From assembly GCA_017467165.1 (NCBI GenBank), contig JAFTST010000051.1:78488-142487 (forward strand): DNA of 64,000 nucleotides. The letters run 5' to 3'. How positions within the stretch are numbered: the stretch's first letter is position 1; every line of letters begins with the position of its first letter. This document shows positions 17,458 through 26,424 of the stretch, one piece after another. A program made the position numbers and the translations under genes. Under the pieces are notes generated by a model. The model had not been told where the DNA came from, ran no database searches, and was given only the letters and a program-made list of their open reading frames with translations. The DNA comes from Clostridia bacterium. GTDB lineage: Bacteria > Bacillota > Clostridia > Oscillospirales > CAG-272.

Positions 17458-18579
17458 ATGAAAATACAGCTTGTTGCTACCTGTCTATTTGGACTCGAGC
17501 ATCTTCTGGGTGAGGAAATAGACAGCCTTGGCTATCAGCGCATATCTACGATTAACGGCAGAGTTACCTTTCTCGGTGACGAGCAGGCGGTAGCGCTCGC
17601 GAACGTTTTTCTCAGATACGCCGAGAGAGTTTATATCAAGCTCGGCTCCTTCAGGGCAGAGAGCTTTGAGGAGCTATTTGAGGGCACGAGAGCACTCCCC
17701 TGGGCGGATTTCATAGGCAGAAACGACGCCTTTCCCGTCACGGGACATTCGATACACTCGACCCTTCACTCCATACCCGACTGCCAGGCTATTATCAAAA
17801 AGGCGATAGTCAGGTCTATGTCCGAGAGATACGGCATCTATGTCTTCCCCGAGGACAATATCAGGTACCGTGTCGAGTTTTTCATACTTAACGACGAGGC
17901 AAGCCTAATGATAGACACCTCGGGTGAGCCCCTTAGCAAGCGCGGTTATCGCCGCCAGTCGAACGCGGCGCCCATCAGGGAAACCTTAGCCGCGGCGATA
18001 GCAGCAACCTCGCGCCCCAGAGAGAACGTTCTTTTCTGGGACCCTATGTGCGGAAGCGGAACGATAGCTATTGAGGCGGCGATGCGAATGAGAAATATCG
18101 CCCCGGGAATGAAAAGGCATTTTGCCGCAGAGCAGTACCCCTTCATCGACCAAAGGCATTGGTCTGACGCGAAGGAGGAGGCGATGGAGGGTATAACCCA
18201 CTCTGAGTTTGAGGTTTTCGCCTCGGATATAGACGAGGAGTGCATACAGATAACCAAGGACAACGCCTATCGCGCGGGAGTGCTCAACTCTATGAAGGTG
18301 TTCAGGCAGGACGCCAGAAGAATAACCACACAAGGTCGCAGGGGAACCGTCGTTACCAACCCGCCATACGGCGAGCGCCTTAGCGAGAAGGAGGAGGTTG
18401 AGAGGCTCTATCGCGAGCTCGGACGTTGCTTCCGTGGGCTTGATATGTGGCAGATGTATATTATCACCTCGCACCCGACCTTCGAAAGACTCTTTGGCAG
18501 AGAGGCGGACAAGGTGAAAAGGCTGTATAACGGTATGATACCCTGTTATCTCTATCAGTTTTTCAAGAATAAGAGATAA
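17458..18579 (+). CDS. THUMP-domain class I SAM-dependent RNA methyltransferase (RlmL/YpsC-like)
   Basis: N-terminal THUMP-like region, GSGTIAIEAA SAM motif and VVTNPPYGERL catalytic motif. Confidence 0.8.
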   Translation: MKIQLVATCLFGLEHLLGEEIDSLGYQRISTINGRVTFLGDEQAVALANVFLRYAERVYIKLGSFRAESFEELFEGTRALPWADFIGRNDAFPVTGHSIHSTLHSIPDCQAIIKKAIVRSMSERYGIYVFPEDNIRYRVEFFILNDEASLMIDTSGEPLSKRGYRRQSNAAPIRETLAAAIAATSRPRENVLFWDPMCGSGTIAIEAAMRMRNIAPGMKRHFAAEQYPFIDQRHWSDAKEEAMEGITHSEFEVFASDIDEECIQITKDNAYRAGVLNSMKVFRQDARRITTQGRRGTVVTNPPYGERLSEKEEVERLYRELGRCFRGLDMWQMYIITSHPTFERLFGREADKVKRLYNGMIPCYLYQFFKNKR

Positions 18580-18639
18580 AGATTAAATACACTCGCCAAG
18601 CGGCGAATATAATGTACAAAAAATGAAAAGGATATACAT

Positions 18640-19218
18640 ATGCAAATCTGGGAAATTGTCGCCACAGCGATAGCGCTGTCTATGGACGCCTTCGCCGTCG
18701 CGATATGCAAGGGCCTTGCAACCGATAAGGTTAAGCTTCGCCATATGCTGATAGTGGGCGCGTGGTTTGGCGGCTTTCAGGGCTTGATGCCGCTCCTAGG
18801 ATACCTTCCGGTGCGACTTCTCGGGCCCGTTATTGAGAAATACGTCACGGCTATTGACCACTGGGTAGCCTTCGTGCTTCTTGCCTTCATTGGCGGAAAA
18901 ATGATAGTCGAGGCTATGGGGCGCGATGAGGAATGTACCGATTGCTCGCTTTCGTTCAGCGTTATGCTTGCTATGGCGGTCGCGACGAGCATTGACGCGC
19001 TCGCTGTGGGAATAACGATAGGACTTCAGTCGGCTAACATTGTTCTGGCGGTGCTTCTTATAGGTGTCATAACCTTCGTTCTCTCTGCCATCGGCGTCAA
19101 GCTCGGCAACGTCTTCGGGGCTAAATATAAGTTTGTCGCAGAGCTTTTTGGTGGCATTACCCTCGTGCTTATCGGTACTAAAATACTCCTTGAGCACCTC
19201 GGAATTTTGAATTTTTGA
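18640..19218 (+). CDS. mntP: Manganese efflux pump MntP
   Basis: Duplicated LSMDAFAVAICKG / TSIDALAVGITIG motifs; 6 TM helices. Confidence 0.8.
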   Translation: MQIWEIVATAIALSMDAFAVAICKGLATDKVKLRHMLIVGAWFGGFQGLMPLLGYLPVRLLGPVIEKYVTAIDHWVAFVLLAFIGGKMIVEAMGRDEECTDCSLSFSVMLAMAVATSIDALAVGITIGLQSANIVLAVLLIGVITFVLSAIGVKLGNVFGAKYKFVAELFGGITLVLIGTKILLEHLGILNF

Positions 19219-19375
19219 GCCGCATAAAATTAAAACCCCGTTTTTTGTAAATTATTGTTGTCAAAATTATTAAATAATAATAAATTTAGCAAATTTAGGC
19301 TAAAATCCTATTGCAAATCAGACGGATTTAGTGTAAAATAAGGTGTAACATTGATTAGAAAGGCAGAACCCTATC

Positions 19376-19801
19376 GTGAGCAAGAAAATTAACGAGAAGT
19401 TTCTAAAGGTATTTTCAGAGCTCGACAGGCTGTGCTGTGAGAAATTCGGAGTTTCAACAGGCGGCGTTACCGAGTATATTACCAGACTCAATAACGCGCG
19501 TTATGCTCCTGACAGGGAACAGACACTCCCAAGACTTGTAAGATACAGAAATATAAGGAATATGTTCGTGCACGAGCCCGCTACAATAAGAAAAAACGAC
19601 GAGCTCACCCGCGAGGACGTCAAGTGGATTGGGCGCTTCAAGCTTGACCTTCAGAAAAAGCGCGACCCCATTTCAAAGTATCTTAGAAAGGCGCGCAGAT
19701 TTGCAAGAGCAAGAAAGATTAAAAGAGCTCTTGTTATAGCCCTTATTCTTCTCCTTGTAGCAGCTGTCGCTGCGCTGGCATATTTCCTGTTTTTGAAGTA
19801 A
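19376..19801 (+). CDS. Hypothetical tail-anchored protein with an RNxxxH (HEPN-like) motif
   Basis: GTG start. Helical ~110-aa domain containing LVRYRNIRNMFVHEP. Basic stretch, then C-terminal TM helix ALVIALILLLVAAVAALAYFLFL. Confidence 0.5.
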   Translation: MSKKINEKFLKVFSELDRLCCEKFGVSTGGVTEYITRLNNARYAPDREQTLPRLVRYRNIRNMFVHEPATIRKNDELTREDVKWIGRFKLDLQKKRDPISKYLRKARRFARARKIKRALVIALILLLVAAVAALAYFLFLK

Positions 19802-19802
19802 T

Positions 19803-20582
19803 ATGAAATGCAATTACCACAACCACACCTTCAGGTGTGGACATGCCTCCGACACGGAGGAGGATTATATAAAGAAAGCCATAGCCGAGGGTATCACTAC
19901 CATCGGCTTTTCTGACCACACGCCCTATCCGTTTCCCTCGGGATTCGTGTCCGATTGCCGTATGCTAATGAGCGATATGGACGGATATTTCCGCACCCTT
20001 CTCGCCCTCAGAGAAAAGTACCGCGGATATATAGATATAAAGATAGGCTTCGAGGCGGAGTACTACGTCGATTATTTTCCCGAGCTGCTATCCGAGTACA
20101 GAAAATATCCGCTTGACTATCTTATCTACGCGGGACACTACATAGGACACGAGGGCAGGGAGGACTGCTTCTGCGCTTTTGACAGTACGCGTGACGAAAA
20201 GAGGCTCGTGCAGTACGTGGACAACGTGATTGCCGCCATCAGCACGCAGAGGTACAGCATTATCGCTCATCCCGATATGATGAATTTCGTGGGCGACCTC
20301 GACCTTTATCGCTCCGAGATGACGAGGCTTATCAACGCGGCGAAGGAGCTCTCCGTCCCCCTTGAGATAAACCTTAACGGCATCAGGGACGGGCGGTACT
20401 ATCCGTTTGACGACTTCTGGCGCATAGCCGGCAGGGTTGATGCTCCCGCTGTGATTGGCTTTGACGCGCACTGCATAGCGCACGTTGCCGACAAGGGAGA
20501 GATAGCCGAGGCGATGCGCTACGCTGACCGCTTTGGCGTTCGGATAATCGATGAGGTTGAGCTCAAAAACCCTCTGATATGA
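19803..20582 (+). CDS. PHP-family histidinol-phosphatase (HisJ/HisK type)
   Basis: YHNHTFRCGHA and GFSDHTP metal-binding motifs; about 260 aa. Confidence 0.75.
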   Translation: MKCNYHNHTFRCGHASDTEEDYIKKAIAEGITTIGFSDHTPYPFPSGFVSDCRMLMSDMDGYFRTLLALREKYRGYIDIKIGFEAEYYVDYFPELLSEYRKYPLDYLIYAGHYIGHEGREDCFCAFDSTRDEKRLVQYVDNVIAAISTQRYSIIAHPDMMNFVGDLDLYRSEMTRLINAAKELSVPLEINLNGIRDGRYYPFDDFWRIAGRVDAPAVIGFDAHCIAHVADKGEIAEAMRYADRFGVRIIDEVELKNPLI

Positions 20583-20636
20583 CCGCGGCGAGAGTCGATT
20601 TCAGATAAATATTCCACGCATATAAAAACTAAATAG

Positions 20637-20870
20637 CTCTACGATAAGCGAAAGCTTCAAGCAGGGAAAGAGCGGTGAAAATCCGTCGCAACAGCCATTG
20701 CCGTAACGTGACCTTACGTCCTGAGTCGGAAGGCCTGCCGTAGAGAGTGTTGATTCCTTGGGCAAGTGAAGGAAGAGGATGCACGGGCGGCTTTTGTCGC
20801 GCCTGCTTGGCTATTTATAGCCTGATTATGCTCAAGGGAGGAACAGCTTTCGCTGCGCCTCTCTTTTTCT
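20637..20870 (+). promoter_or_regulatory. Cobalamin riboswitch with terminator expression platform
   Basis: P1 CTCTACG (20637-43) pairs with CGTAGAG (20739-45). Core AGGGAAAGAGCGGTGAAAATCC and 3' AGTCGGAAGGCCTGCC. Downstream hairpin GAGGAACAGC-TTTC-GCTGCGCCTC plus TCTTTTTCT (20838-70). Confidence 0.75.
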
Positions 20871-20916
20871 CTTCCGTATTGTACGGACTAATATTAATAT
20901 AAAGGAGAAATAAAAA

Positions 20917-21387
20917 ATGAAAAAAACAATTTATCTTCGCGCGCGGTGCGCGCTTCTTCTGCTCTTCGTGCTCGGGCTTTCGCTCGTCGGCTGTGTAGGA
21001 AGGGTTGACGACCACGGCTCCTGTACCGTAGTTATAGCCTGCGGTGATGACGTGCGTGAGTATAGCGTGCCGCTTGACAAGGTTGACGGCTCGAAGGGCG
21101 CTGTCGGCCTTCTTGACTACCTGAAGGAAAACGAGGGCGTAGAGTACACCTCTGAGGACGGGGGCTACGGAGCGTATATCACCTCGGTGGGCAATCTCAG
21201 AGCGAACGCGGAAGAGCGCGTGTCCGTCGGAATCTGGACCTCGGTTGAGTCCGATCAGGACAGAGAGAGCGAATATTCAACCACAGTAACCTATGAGGGT
21301 GTGACGCTTGTCAGCTCGGGTGTAGGCATGACACAGCTTTCCGCTCCGGACGGCGCGGTTATATACTTCGGTGAGATCAGATATTAA
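20917..21387 (+). CDS. DUF4430-like lipoprotein (transcobalamin-like B12-binding candidate)
   Basis: Lipobox LSLVGC. C-terminal ...LSAPDGAVIYFGE is typical of DUF4430. Sits directly behind the B12 riboswitch. Confidence 0.6.
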   Translation: MKKTIYLRARCALLLLFVLGLSLVGCVGRVDDHGSCTVVIACGDDVREYSVPLDKVDGSKGAVGLLDYLKENEGVEYTSEDGGYGAYITSVGNLRANAEERVSVGIWTSVESDQDRESEYSTTVTYEGVTLVSSGVGMTQLSAPDGAVIYFGEIRY

Positions 21388-21393
21388 GGGTGT

Positions 21394-21921
21394 ATGATGG
21401 GGGAAGGCAGAAAAATATCTGTTGCCCGTCAGGTAGCAACCGTGGGTCTTATGGCGGCGAGCCTTGAATGTGTGAAGCTTGCGCTCAGCGTGCTACCTAA
21501 TATCGAGGCGGTAACCCTTCTGGTTGCGGTCTTTTCCTACGCGGCGGGCTGGACGGGCGTTCTTGCAACCGTGGTCTTCGTCTGTATTGAGCCGCTTATA
21601 TGGGGCTTTGGCACCTGGGTAATAAGCTACGCGCTCTATTGGCCCGCGCTCGCCCTTCTGTTCCTTGTGCTCGGCAGGCTCAGGGTGAAAAACAGAGTCG
21701 CGATAACCTCTGTGGCGGTCGGAATGACTATATGGTTCGGTGTTCTGACCTCGCTTGTGGATATAGGGCTTTTCAGCGGCAGATTTGATAACTTTTTTCA
21801 TAGATTTGCAATTTATTACGCACGGGGTGCGGCGTTCTACGCCCTTCAGGTCGCATCAAGCCTCGTTTTGTTTCCACTGTTATTCAGAACGCTTACAGAA
21901 AAGCTGAAAAAACTAACGTAG
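21394..21921 (+). CDS. Small 5-6 TM membrane protein, ECF S-component-like (candidate CbrT-type B12 substrate component)
   Basis: 175 aa, all-hydrophobic. Cotranscribed with the DUF4430 gene under the riboswitch. The family call rests on context and topology only. Confidence 0.45.
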   Translation: MMGEGRKISVARQVATVGLMAASLECVKLALSVLPNIEAVTLLVAVFSYAAGWTGVLATVVFVCIEPLIWGFGTWVISYALYWPALALLFLVLGRLRVKNRVAITSVAVGMTIWFGVLTSLVDIGLFSGRFDNFFHRFAIYYARGAAFYALQVASSLVLFPLLFRTLTEKLKKLT

Positions 21922-21949
21922 AAAAAGCTCCCGAGAGGGAGCTTTTTTA
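21922..21949 (+). terminator. rho-independent terminator
   Basis: AGCTCCC-GAGA-GGGAGCT followed by TTTTTT. Confidence 0.8.
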
Positions 21950-22284
21950 GTTGAAAGTTGAAAATGGAAAATTGAAAATGAAAGGTTAATAATTAACGCG
22001 GCTGTTAATACCCGGATGTTCGCCTTTGGCGAATGTTGCGACCCGGATTTCGCCGATTAATGAAAACGCCTATGCTTGTGCTCCTTCTGCCTTTAGCCCT
22101 TGGCGAGCCGTGTGTTCGGCGAAGCCCGACCGAATCGGACGAGTAGCATCCCCAGGACACCCCCAAAAAACGAAAAAAGCATAGGGCGAAGAGATTTTGA
22201 GGGAAAATGTTCGTTCTTTGAGCGCCAGCTTTAGAAAACTAAAGCAAGCGAGAAAACGGAGATTTGCACCAAAATATCTAAGCC

Positions 22285-22320
22285 CTAAAAAAACCAAAGC
22301 CCCGAGGTAATCCTCGGGGG
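22285..22320 (-). terminator. Terminator of tRNA-Thr
   Basis: CCCCGAGG-TAAT-CCTCGGGG stem with an A-run on the plus strand (a U-run on the minus transcript). Confidence 0.75.
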
Positions 22321-22324
22321 TGTC

Positions 22325-22400
22325 TGGAGCTGCTACCCGGATTCGGACCGGGGACCTCATCCTTACCAAGGATGTGCTCTACCAGCTGAGCCATAGCAGC
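22325..22400 (-). tRNA. tRNA-Thr (anticodon GGT), CCA encoded
   Basis: Reverse complement is GCTGCTATGGCTCAGCTGGTAGAGCACATCCTTGGTAAGGATGAGGTCCCCGGTCCGAATCCGGGTAGCAGCTCCA. Cloverleaf has anticodon loop TTGGTAA. Confidence 0.9.
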
Positions 22401-22432
22401 ATGTCAGGGGATATTTCCTCGTGACGCAGTTA

Positions 22433-22461
22433 ATTATATCAAAAGATTTCGACTTTGTCAA
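22433..22461 (-). promoter_or_regulatory. Consensus sigma-A promoter of tRNA-Thr
   Basis: Minus strand reads TTGACA (22461-56), 17 nt, TATAAT (22438-33), about 30 nt upstream of the tRNA 5' end. Confidence 0.75.
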
Positions 22462-22621
22462 TACCTTTTTAAAAATAATTTATTATAGCGAAAAAAGGTA
22501 GCAGGCCTTGAGAAAACATCCCTGAAATCAGACCGCACGAAGCCTCGCCCTCGGGGTGGTCGGACGAAAAAGATGCAACCGTGCGGCATATTTCTGAACC
22601 CACTCTCTATTCCGGAGTAGG

Positions 22622-23992
22622 TTAAATAACCCTCACGTCGTCGCGGTCAAGTCTGACGTCCTCCTTCGGAATCCTCCTTCCCGATACAAGAAGAAAAACA
22701 ACCGACAGCAAGAATGCCACAAGCTCTGCGATAGGCAGACACCACCAGATAATACTGACGTCAAACAGAGAAGGCAACAGAAGAGCAAGACCGATAGGAA
22801 GCAGAATGCCTCTGAGCAGAGAGACCGTGACCGACATCTTCTGCATCAGAACCGACTGGTGAAAATAACTCGCCACCACGGTAACGCCCATCAGGGGAAG
22901 CGCCAGACAGTACACTCTCATTATAGGAGGGCCGATGAGCATAACGTTTTCGTTGACCTCCATAAATAGTCGAAGAATCTCGGCGGGGAAGAGCTCTACC
23001 ACGGCGAGAAAGACCACGCCAAGCACGGTGCCGCAGATAAGCGCCGCCTTGAGCGATGCTCTGACTCGGCCCCACCTTCCCGCGCCAAAATTCGCAGACG
23101 CTATGGGCTGGAGGGCTGAGCCCGCCGCGTTAATAACGCAGGTGAGCATAACCAGAAGTGTGGAAACCGTGCCGTAGACGGCAAGGTGGTCGTAGCTCAG
23201 GTGCTTGATAATCTGCTTGTTGAAAACCATAGCGGTGATACCGAATGCGACCTCCAGAACGAAGGCGGAAAAGCCGAGGGAGAATATTCTCGCACCCTTT
23301 CTTGCAACACGGGTGGGCTTTTTTAGCCTCAGGGTACAGCCTTTTCTGAAAAAATAGGACAGCACGATAAGAAAGGCAACAACCTGACCTGTTGCCGTCG
23401 CTATGCCTGCACCCGCGGCGCCAAGACCCGCGCCGAAGTCGAAGACGAGAAGAATATCGAGCACGACGTTAACAACGCCGCCCGTTACCGTGGCTATCGT
23501 CGGGAGCATTGCCTCTCCGTCGTTTCGCACGTAGGTGGAAAGACAGACGCATATAGTGAAGGCGGGGCTGACAATCGCGATGCTTCGCATATAATCCATA
23601 GAAAGCGTGAGCACCTCGCCCTCAGCCTCAAAATAGCGGAGAAGCGGCTCTGAGAAAAAGAGAAAGACAAGAGCTATCGCCACCGAAAAAACCAGAGCGA
23701 TAAGCGCGCCGAGGGTGAAGTATTCATTTGCCGCGGCGCCATTTCCGCTACCGCGCCTGTTGGCTATCATAATAGCTCCGCCAACGCCCACGAGAACACC
23801 CGGGGCAATCATTATAGACCACATCGGATTGATACAGGCTATCGCTGACGCACCGAGCGGGCCGCAGTACTGACCGACGCATATCATATCCACCGTGGAA
23901 TATATAGTCATAATTATAGTGCTTCCCGCCGCGGAGAGAAAGAGCAGAAGGAACATTCGGTTTATCTTATCCGATAGGAGATTAACCTTCAT
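22622..23992 (-). CDS. MATE-family efflux transporter
   Basis: 456 aa, about 12 TM helices, MatE-like repeats. 4-nt overlap with the upstream Gx transporter gene. Confidence 0.75.
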   Translation of the reverse strand: MKVNLLSDKINRMFLLLFLSAAGSTIIMTIYSTVDMICVGQYCGPLGASAIACINPMWSIMIAPGVLVGVGGAIMIANRRGSGNGAAANEYFTLGALIALVFSVAIALVFLFFSEPLLRYFEAEGEVLTLSMDYMRSIAIVSPAFTICVCLSTYVRNDGEAMLPTIATVTGGVVNVVLDILLVFDFGAGLGAAGAGIATATGQVVAFLIVLSYFFRKGCTLRLKKPTRVARKGARIFSLGFSAFVLEVAFGITAMVFNKQIIKHLSYDHLAVYGTVSTLLVMLTCVINAAGSALQPIASANFGAGRWGRVRASLKAALICGTVLGVVFLAVVELFPAEILRLFMEVNENVMLIGPPIMRVYCLALPLMGVTVVASYFHQSVLMQKMSVTVSLLRGILLPIGLALLLPSLFDVSIIWWCLPIAELVAFLLSVVFLLVSGRRIPKEDVRLDRDDVRVI

Positions 23993-24489
23993 CTTGACCC
24001 CTCCAACTTAACTCTCTTGATAAGAAGAGCGGACGCCACGCCGACAGCAATGCCCGCAACGGTTCCCGACAGCAGAAGGAAGGGCAGATAATAGACTATG
24101 ATATTGGTTTCAAGCAGAAGGCAGGCGACGCCAATCTGCGCGATGTTATGCGACACGCCTCCCGCTACGCTGACGGTGACTACTGCGAGCTTTGTGTATT
24201 TTTTGAGAAGGATTGTTACTATAAGGCTGAGTATCGCGCCCGCGAGAGAGTACCAGAGGCTGACGGTACTTCCGAAAAGTATCGAAACCAGAAGAACGCG
24301 AATTATTGAGATAAGCACGCCCTCGCGCGCGCCCAGCTTATAGACGGTGAATATCACCGCGATATTGGCAAGACCGACCTTTATACCCGGGATAGCTACG
24401 AAGGCGGGTATGCGCGACTCCAGAAAGGAGAGCACCATTGCCAGAGCGACTATCACGGACAGGGTGGCTAGCTTTTTAGTGTTTTTCAT
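23989..24489 (-). CDS. Gx transporter family protein (Hpre_diP_synt_I-type membrane protein)
   Basis: 166 aa, 5 TM helices. LSFLESRIPAFVAIPGIKVGLANIAVIF is typical of the family. Confidence 0.7.
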   Translation of the reverse strand: MKNTKKLATLSVIVALAMVLSFLESRIPAFVAIPGIKVGLANIAVIFTVYKLGAREGVLISIIRVLLVSILFGSTVSLWYSLAGAILSLIVTILLKKYTKLAVVTVSVAGGVSHNIAQIGVACLLLETNIIVYYLPFLLLSGTVAGIAVGVASALLIKRVKLEGSR

Positions 24490-24541
24490 CTATATTCCTG
24501 ACTGACACGCCCTCGCGTGCCCTGTTATTTTCAAGTTAAAT

Positions 24542-24937
24542 TCAGCTGACAAGGTCAACGCCGCCATCGGAGTCGCCGACGACGGTTATTGTAATTCTGT
24601 TTGGCAGACAGATAATGCTCTGTCCTGTGTATTTGATTTTTCCGGTGTTGACACAGGTCTTGTCGGGGCAGTTGGCGTACGAGAGATACGCAACGCCGTC
24701 CTGTATCACCAGAATGTTGGTGACCTCTCCCTCGGTATCGGGATTGGCTCCTCTCAGCTCATAGGTCGCGTCAAGGTGCAGCGGATATTCGCCGACGAGC
24801 TCGCCGTCGACCGTTACCCTCACCTTTTCTCCGTTTTCTCTTGTCATAAGAGTCAGGGAGAGCGACGCTATGGCGATAACGAGAAATATGGAGATAATGA
24901 TGATGTCTTTTCTATGCTTTTTCAAAAGCTCGCGCAT
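24542..24937 (-). CDS. NusG domain II-containing protein (DUF1312), membrane-anchored
   Basis: N-terminal TM helix. VTVDGELVGEYPL...ANCPDKTCVNTGKI...SIICLPNRITITV matches the NusG_II pattern. Confidence 0.75.
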   Translation of the reverse strand: MRELLKKHRKDIIIISIFLVIAIASLSLTLMTRENGEKVRVTVDGELVGEYPLHLDATYELRGANPDTEGEVTNILVIQDGVAYLSYANCPDKTCVNTGKIKYTGQSIICLPNRITITVVGDSDGGVDLVS

Positions 24938-25009
24938 ATTCTCTCCCTTCTTGAGTCTTGATTAACGCCGCCCTTACAGGAAGGGCGGCGCTTTCGTTAT
25001 TTCGGCGGC

Positions 25010-25822
25010 TTAAAAATGCGCGCCGCAGATAAAGTTGCCCTCGTGTATGCAATGAACGGGGCAGACCGCGACACAGGCGCCGCAGCCGGTACACTTCGAA
25101 TAATCTATTACAGCAAGGTTGTCGATGACGTGGATAGCGTCGTGAGGACAGGTCTTTTCGCACTTCCTGCAGGCGATACAGCCGTTGGTGCAATTCTTCC
25201 TCGTCACAGCTCCGGTGTCGTGGCTGGAGCACTCGACGACGACCCTCGAGGTGTCGTTGATAAGGTGGAAGAGTCCGTGAGGACAGGTCCTCGTGCAGAT
25301 GCCGCAGCCGATGCACTTTCTCGGGTCAACCCTGGCAACTCCGTCCTCAACTCTTATAGCGTTGGTCGGGCAGGTGTTGACGCAGTCGCCGTAGCCGAGG
25401 CAGGCGTACATACAGCTTCTGTCGCCGTTGTAGGCGATATCTGCGGTGCGGCAGGACTTCTGTCCAACGTAGTCGAACTTCTTCTTGACAACGTCACACT
25501 TTCCGTTGCAGGCAACGTAGGCAACCTTCTCGACAACGTCCTCCGCCTCAACTCCCATGGTGTCAGCGATAGCCTTAGCTGTACCGTCGCCGCCGGGGAT
25601 ACAGAGGTTTGTACGTGTTTCGGTGCCCTCGGAGAGAGCCTTCGCATAGCCGTCGCAGCCCGAGTAGCCGCAGGCTCCGCAGTTAGCTCCGGGAAGACAG
25701 TCGCGGATAGCTACCGCGCGCTCGTCCTCCTTGACAGCGAAGAATATAGAGGAAACGGTGAGAAGAACGGCGGCTATAATGCCGATTCCTGAAAGAAGCA
25801 AAATAGCAAATAAAATATCCAT
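25010..25822 (-). CDS. rnfB: Rnf complex subunit B (polyferredoxin)
   Basis: N-terminal TM helix, CLPGANCGACGYSGCDGYAKAL cluster and multiple CxxCxxCxxxCP motifs. Confidence 0.9.
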   Translation of the reverse strand: MDILFAILLLSGIGIIAAVLLTVSSIFFAVKEDERAVAIRDCLPGANCGACGYSGCDGYAKALSEGTETRTNLCIPGGDGTAKAIADTMGVEAEDVVEKVAYVACNGKCDVVKKKFDYVGQKSCRTADIAYNGDRSCMYACLGYGDCVNTCPTNAIRVEDGVARVDPRKCIGCGICTRTCPHGLFHLINDTSRVVVECSSHDTGAVTRKNCTNGCIACRKCEKTCPHDAIHVIDNLAVIDYSKCTGCGACVAVCPVHCIHEGNFICGAHF

Positions 25823-25833
25823 CTGTTACCTCC

Positions 25834-26424
25834 TTAACCAAGCATACCCTTTACAACACCATCAAAGCCAAGAAATGCCATCGCAACGATGGATGCAGCA
25901 ATGAGAGTGATGGGCAGACCCTTGAAGGGCTTCGGCGAGGGGCAGTTCTCGATGCGGGTACGAACACCTGCGAACAGGAGCATAGCAACGAGGAAGCCGA
26001 TACCAACGCCGACAGAGGAAACCATCGAGGTGATGAAGTCATAACCTTCCTTAACGTTGGTTTCCGCAACGCCAAGCACCGCACAGTTGGTGGTGATAAG
26101 CGGGAGATAAACGCCAAGCGACTTGTAAAGCGAGGGGATAAACTTTTTGAGGATAATTTCAACAAACTGAACAAGTGAAGCGATAACGAGGATGAAGACG
26201 ATGGTCTTCAAGAACTTGATATCAAGAGCCTCAAGTGCCTTGTAGATGGGCCAGGTGACCGCCGATGCGCAAAGCATAACGAAGATAACCGCAAGACCCA
26301 TACCAAATGCTTGCTTATACTTCTTCGAAACGCCGAGGAAAGGGCAGATGCCCGTGGTTTTTGCAAGGACGATGTTGTCGGTAAGAATACCGGCAAGGAG
26401 GACGGTGAGTAATGATTTAAGCAT
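25834..26424 (-). CDS. rnfA: Rnf complex subunit A
   Basis: TDNIVLAKTTGICPFLGVSKK N-terminus, 6 TM helices. Overlaps rnfE by 8 nt. Confidence 0.9.
   Translation of the reverse strand: MLKSLLTVLLAGILTDNIVLAKTTGICPFLGVSKKYKQAFGMGLAVIFVMLCASAVTWPIYKALEALDIKFLKTIVFILVIASLVQFVEIILKKFIPSLYKSLGVYLPLITTNCAVLGVAETNVKEGYDFITSMVSSVGVGIGFLVAMLLFAGVRTRIENCPSPKPFKGLPITLIAASIVAMAFLGFDGVVKGMLG

Noticed and set aside
18580-18639. yybP-ykoY (Mn) riboswitch expected upstream of mntP
   Set aside because: The intergenic region is only 60 nt and shows none of the conserved four-way-junction sequence. The riboswitch is not supported.
22070-22369. 99-aa minus-strand ORF
   Set aside because: Its N-terminal part is the tRNA-Thr gene and terminator read as protein. 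There is no RBS.
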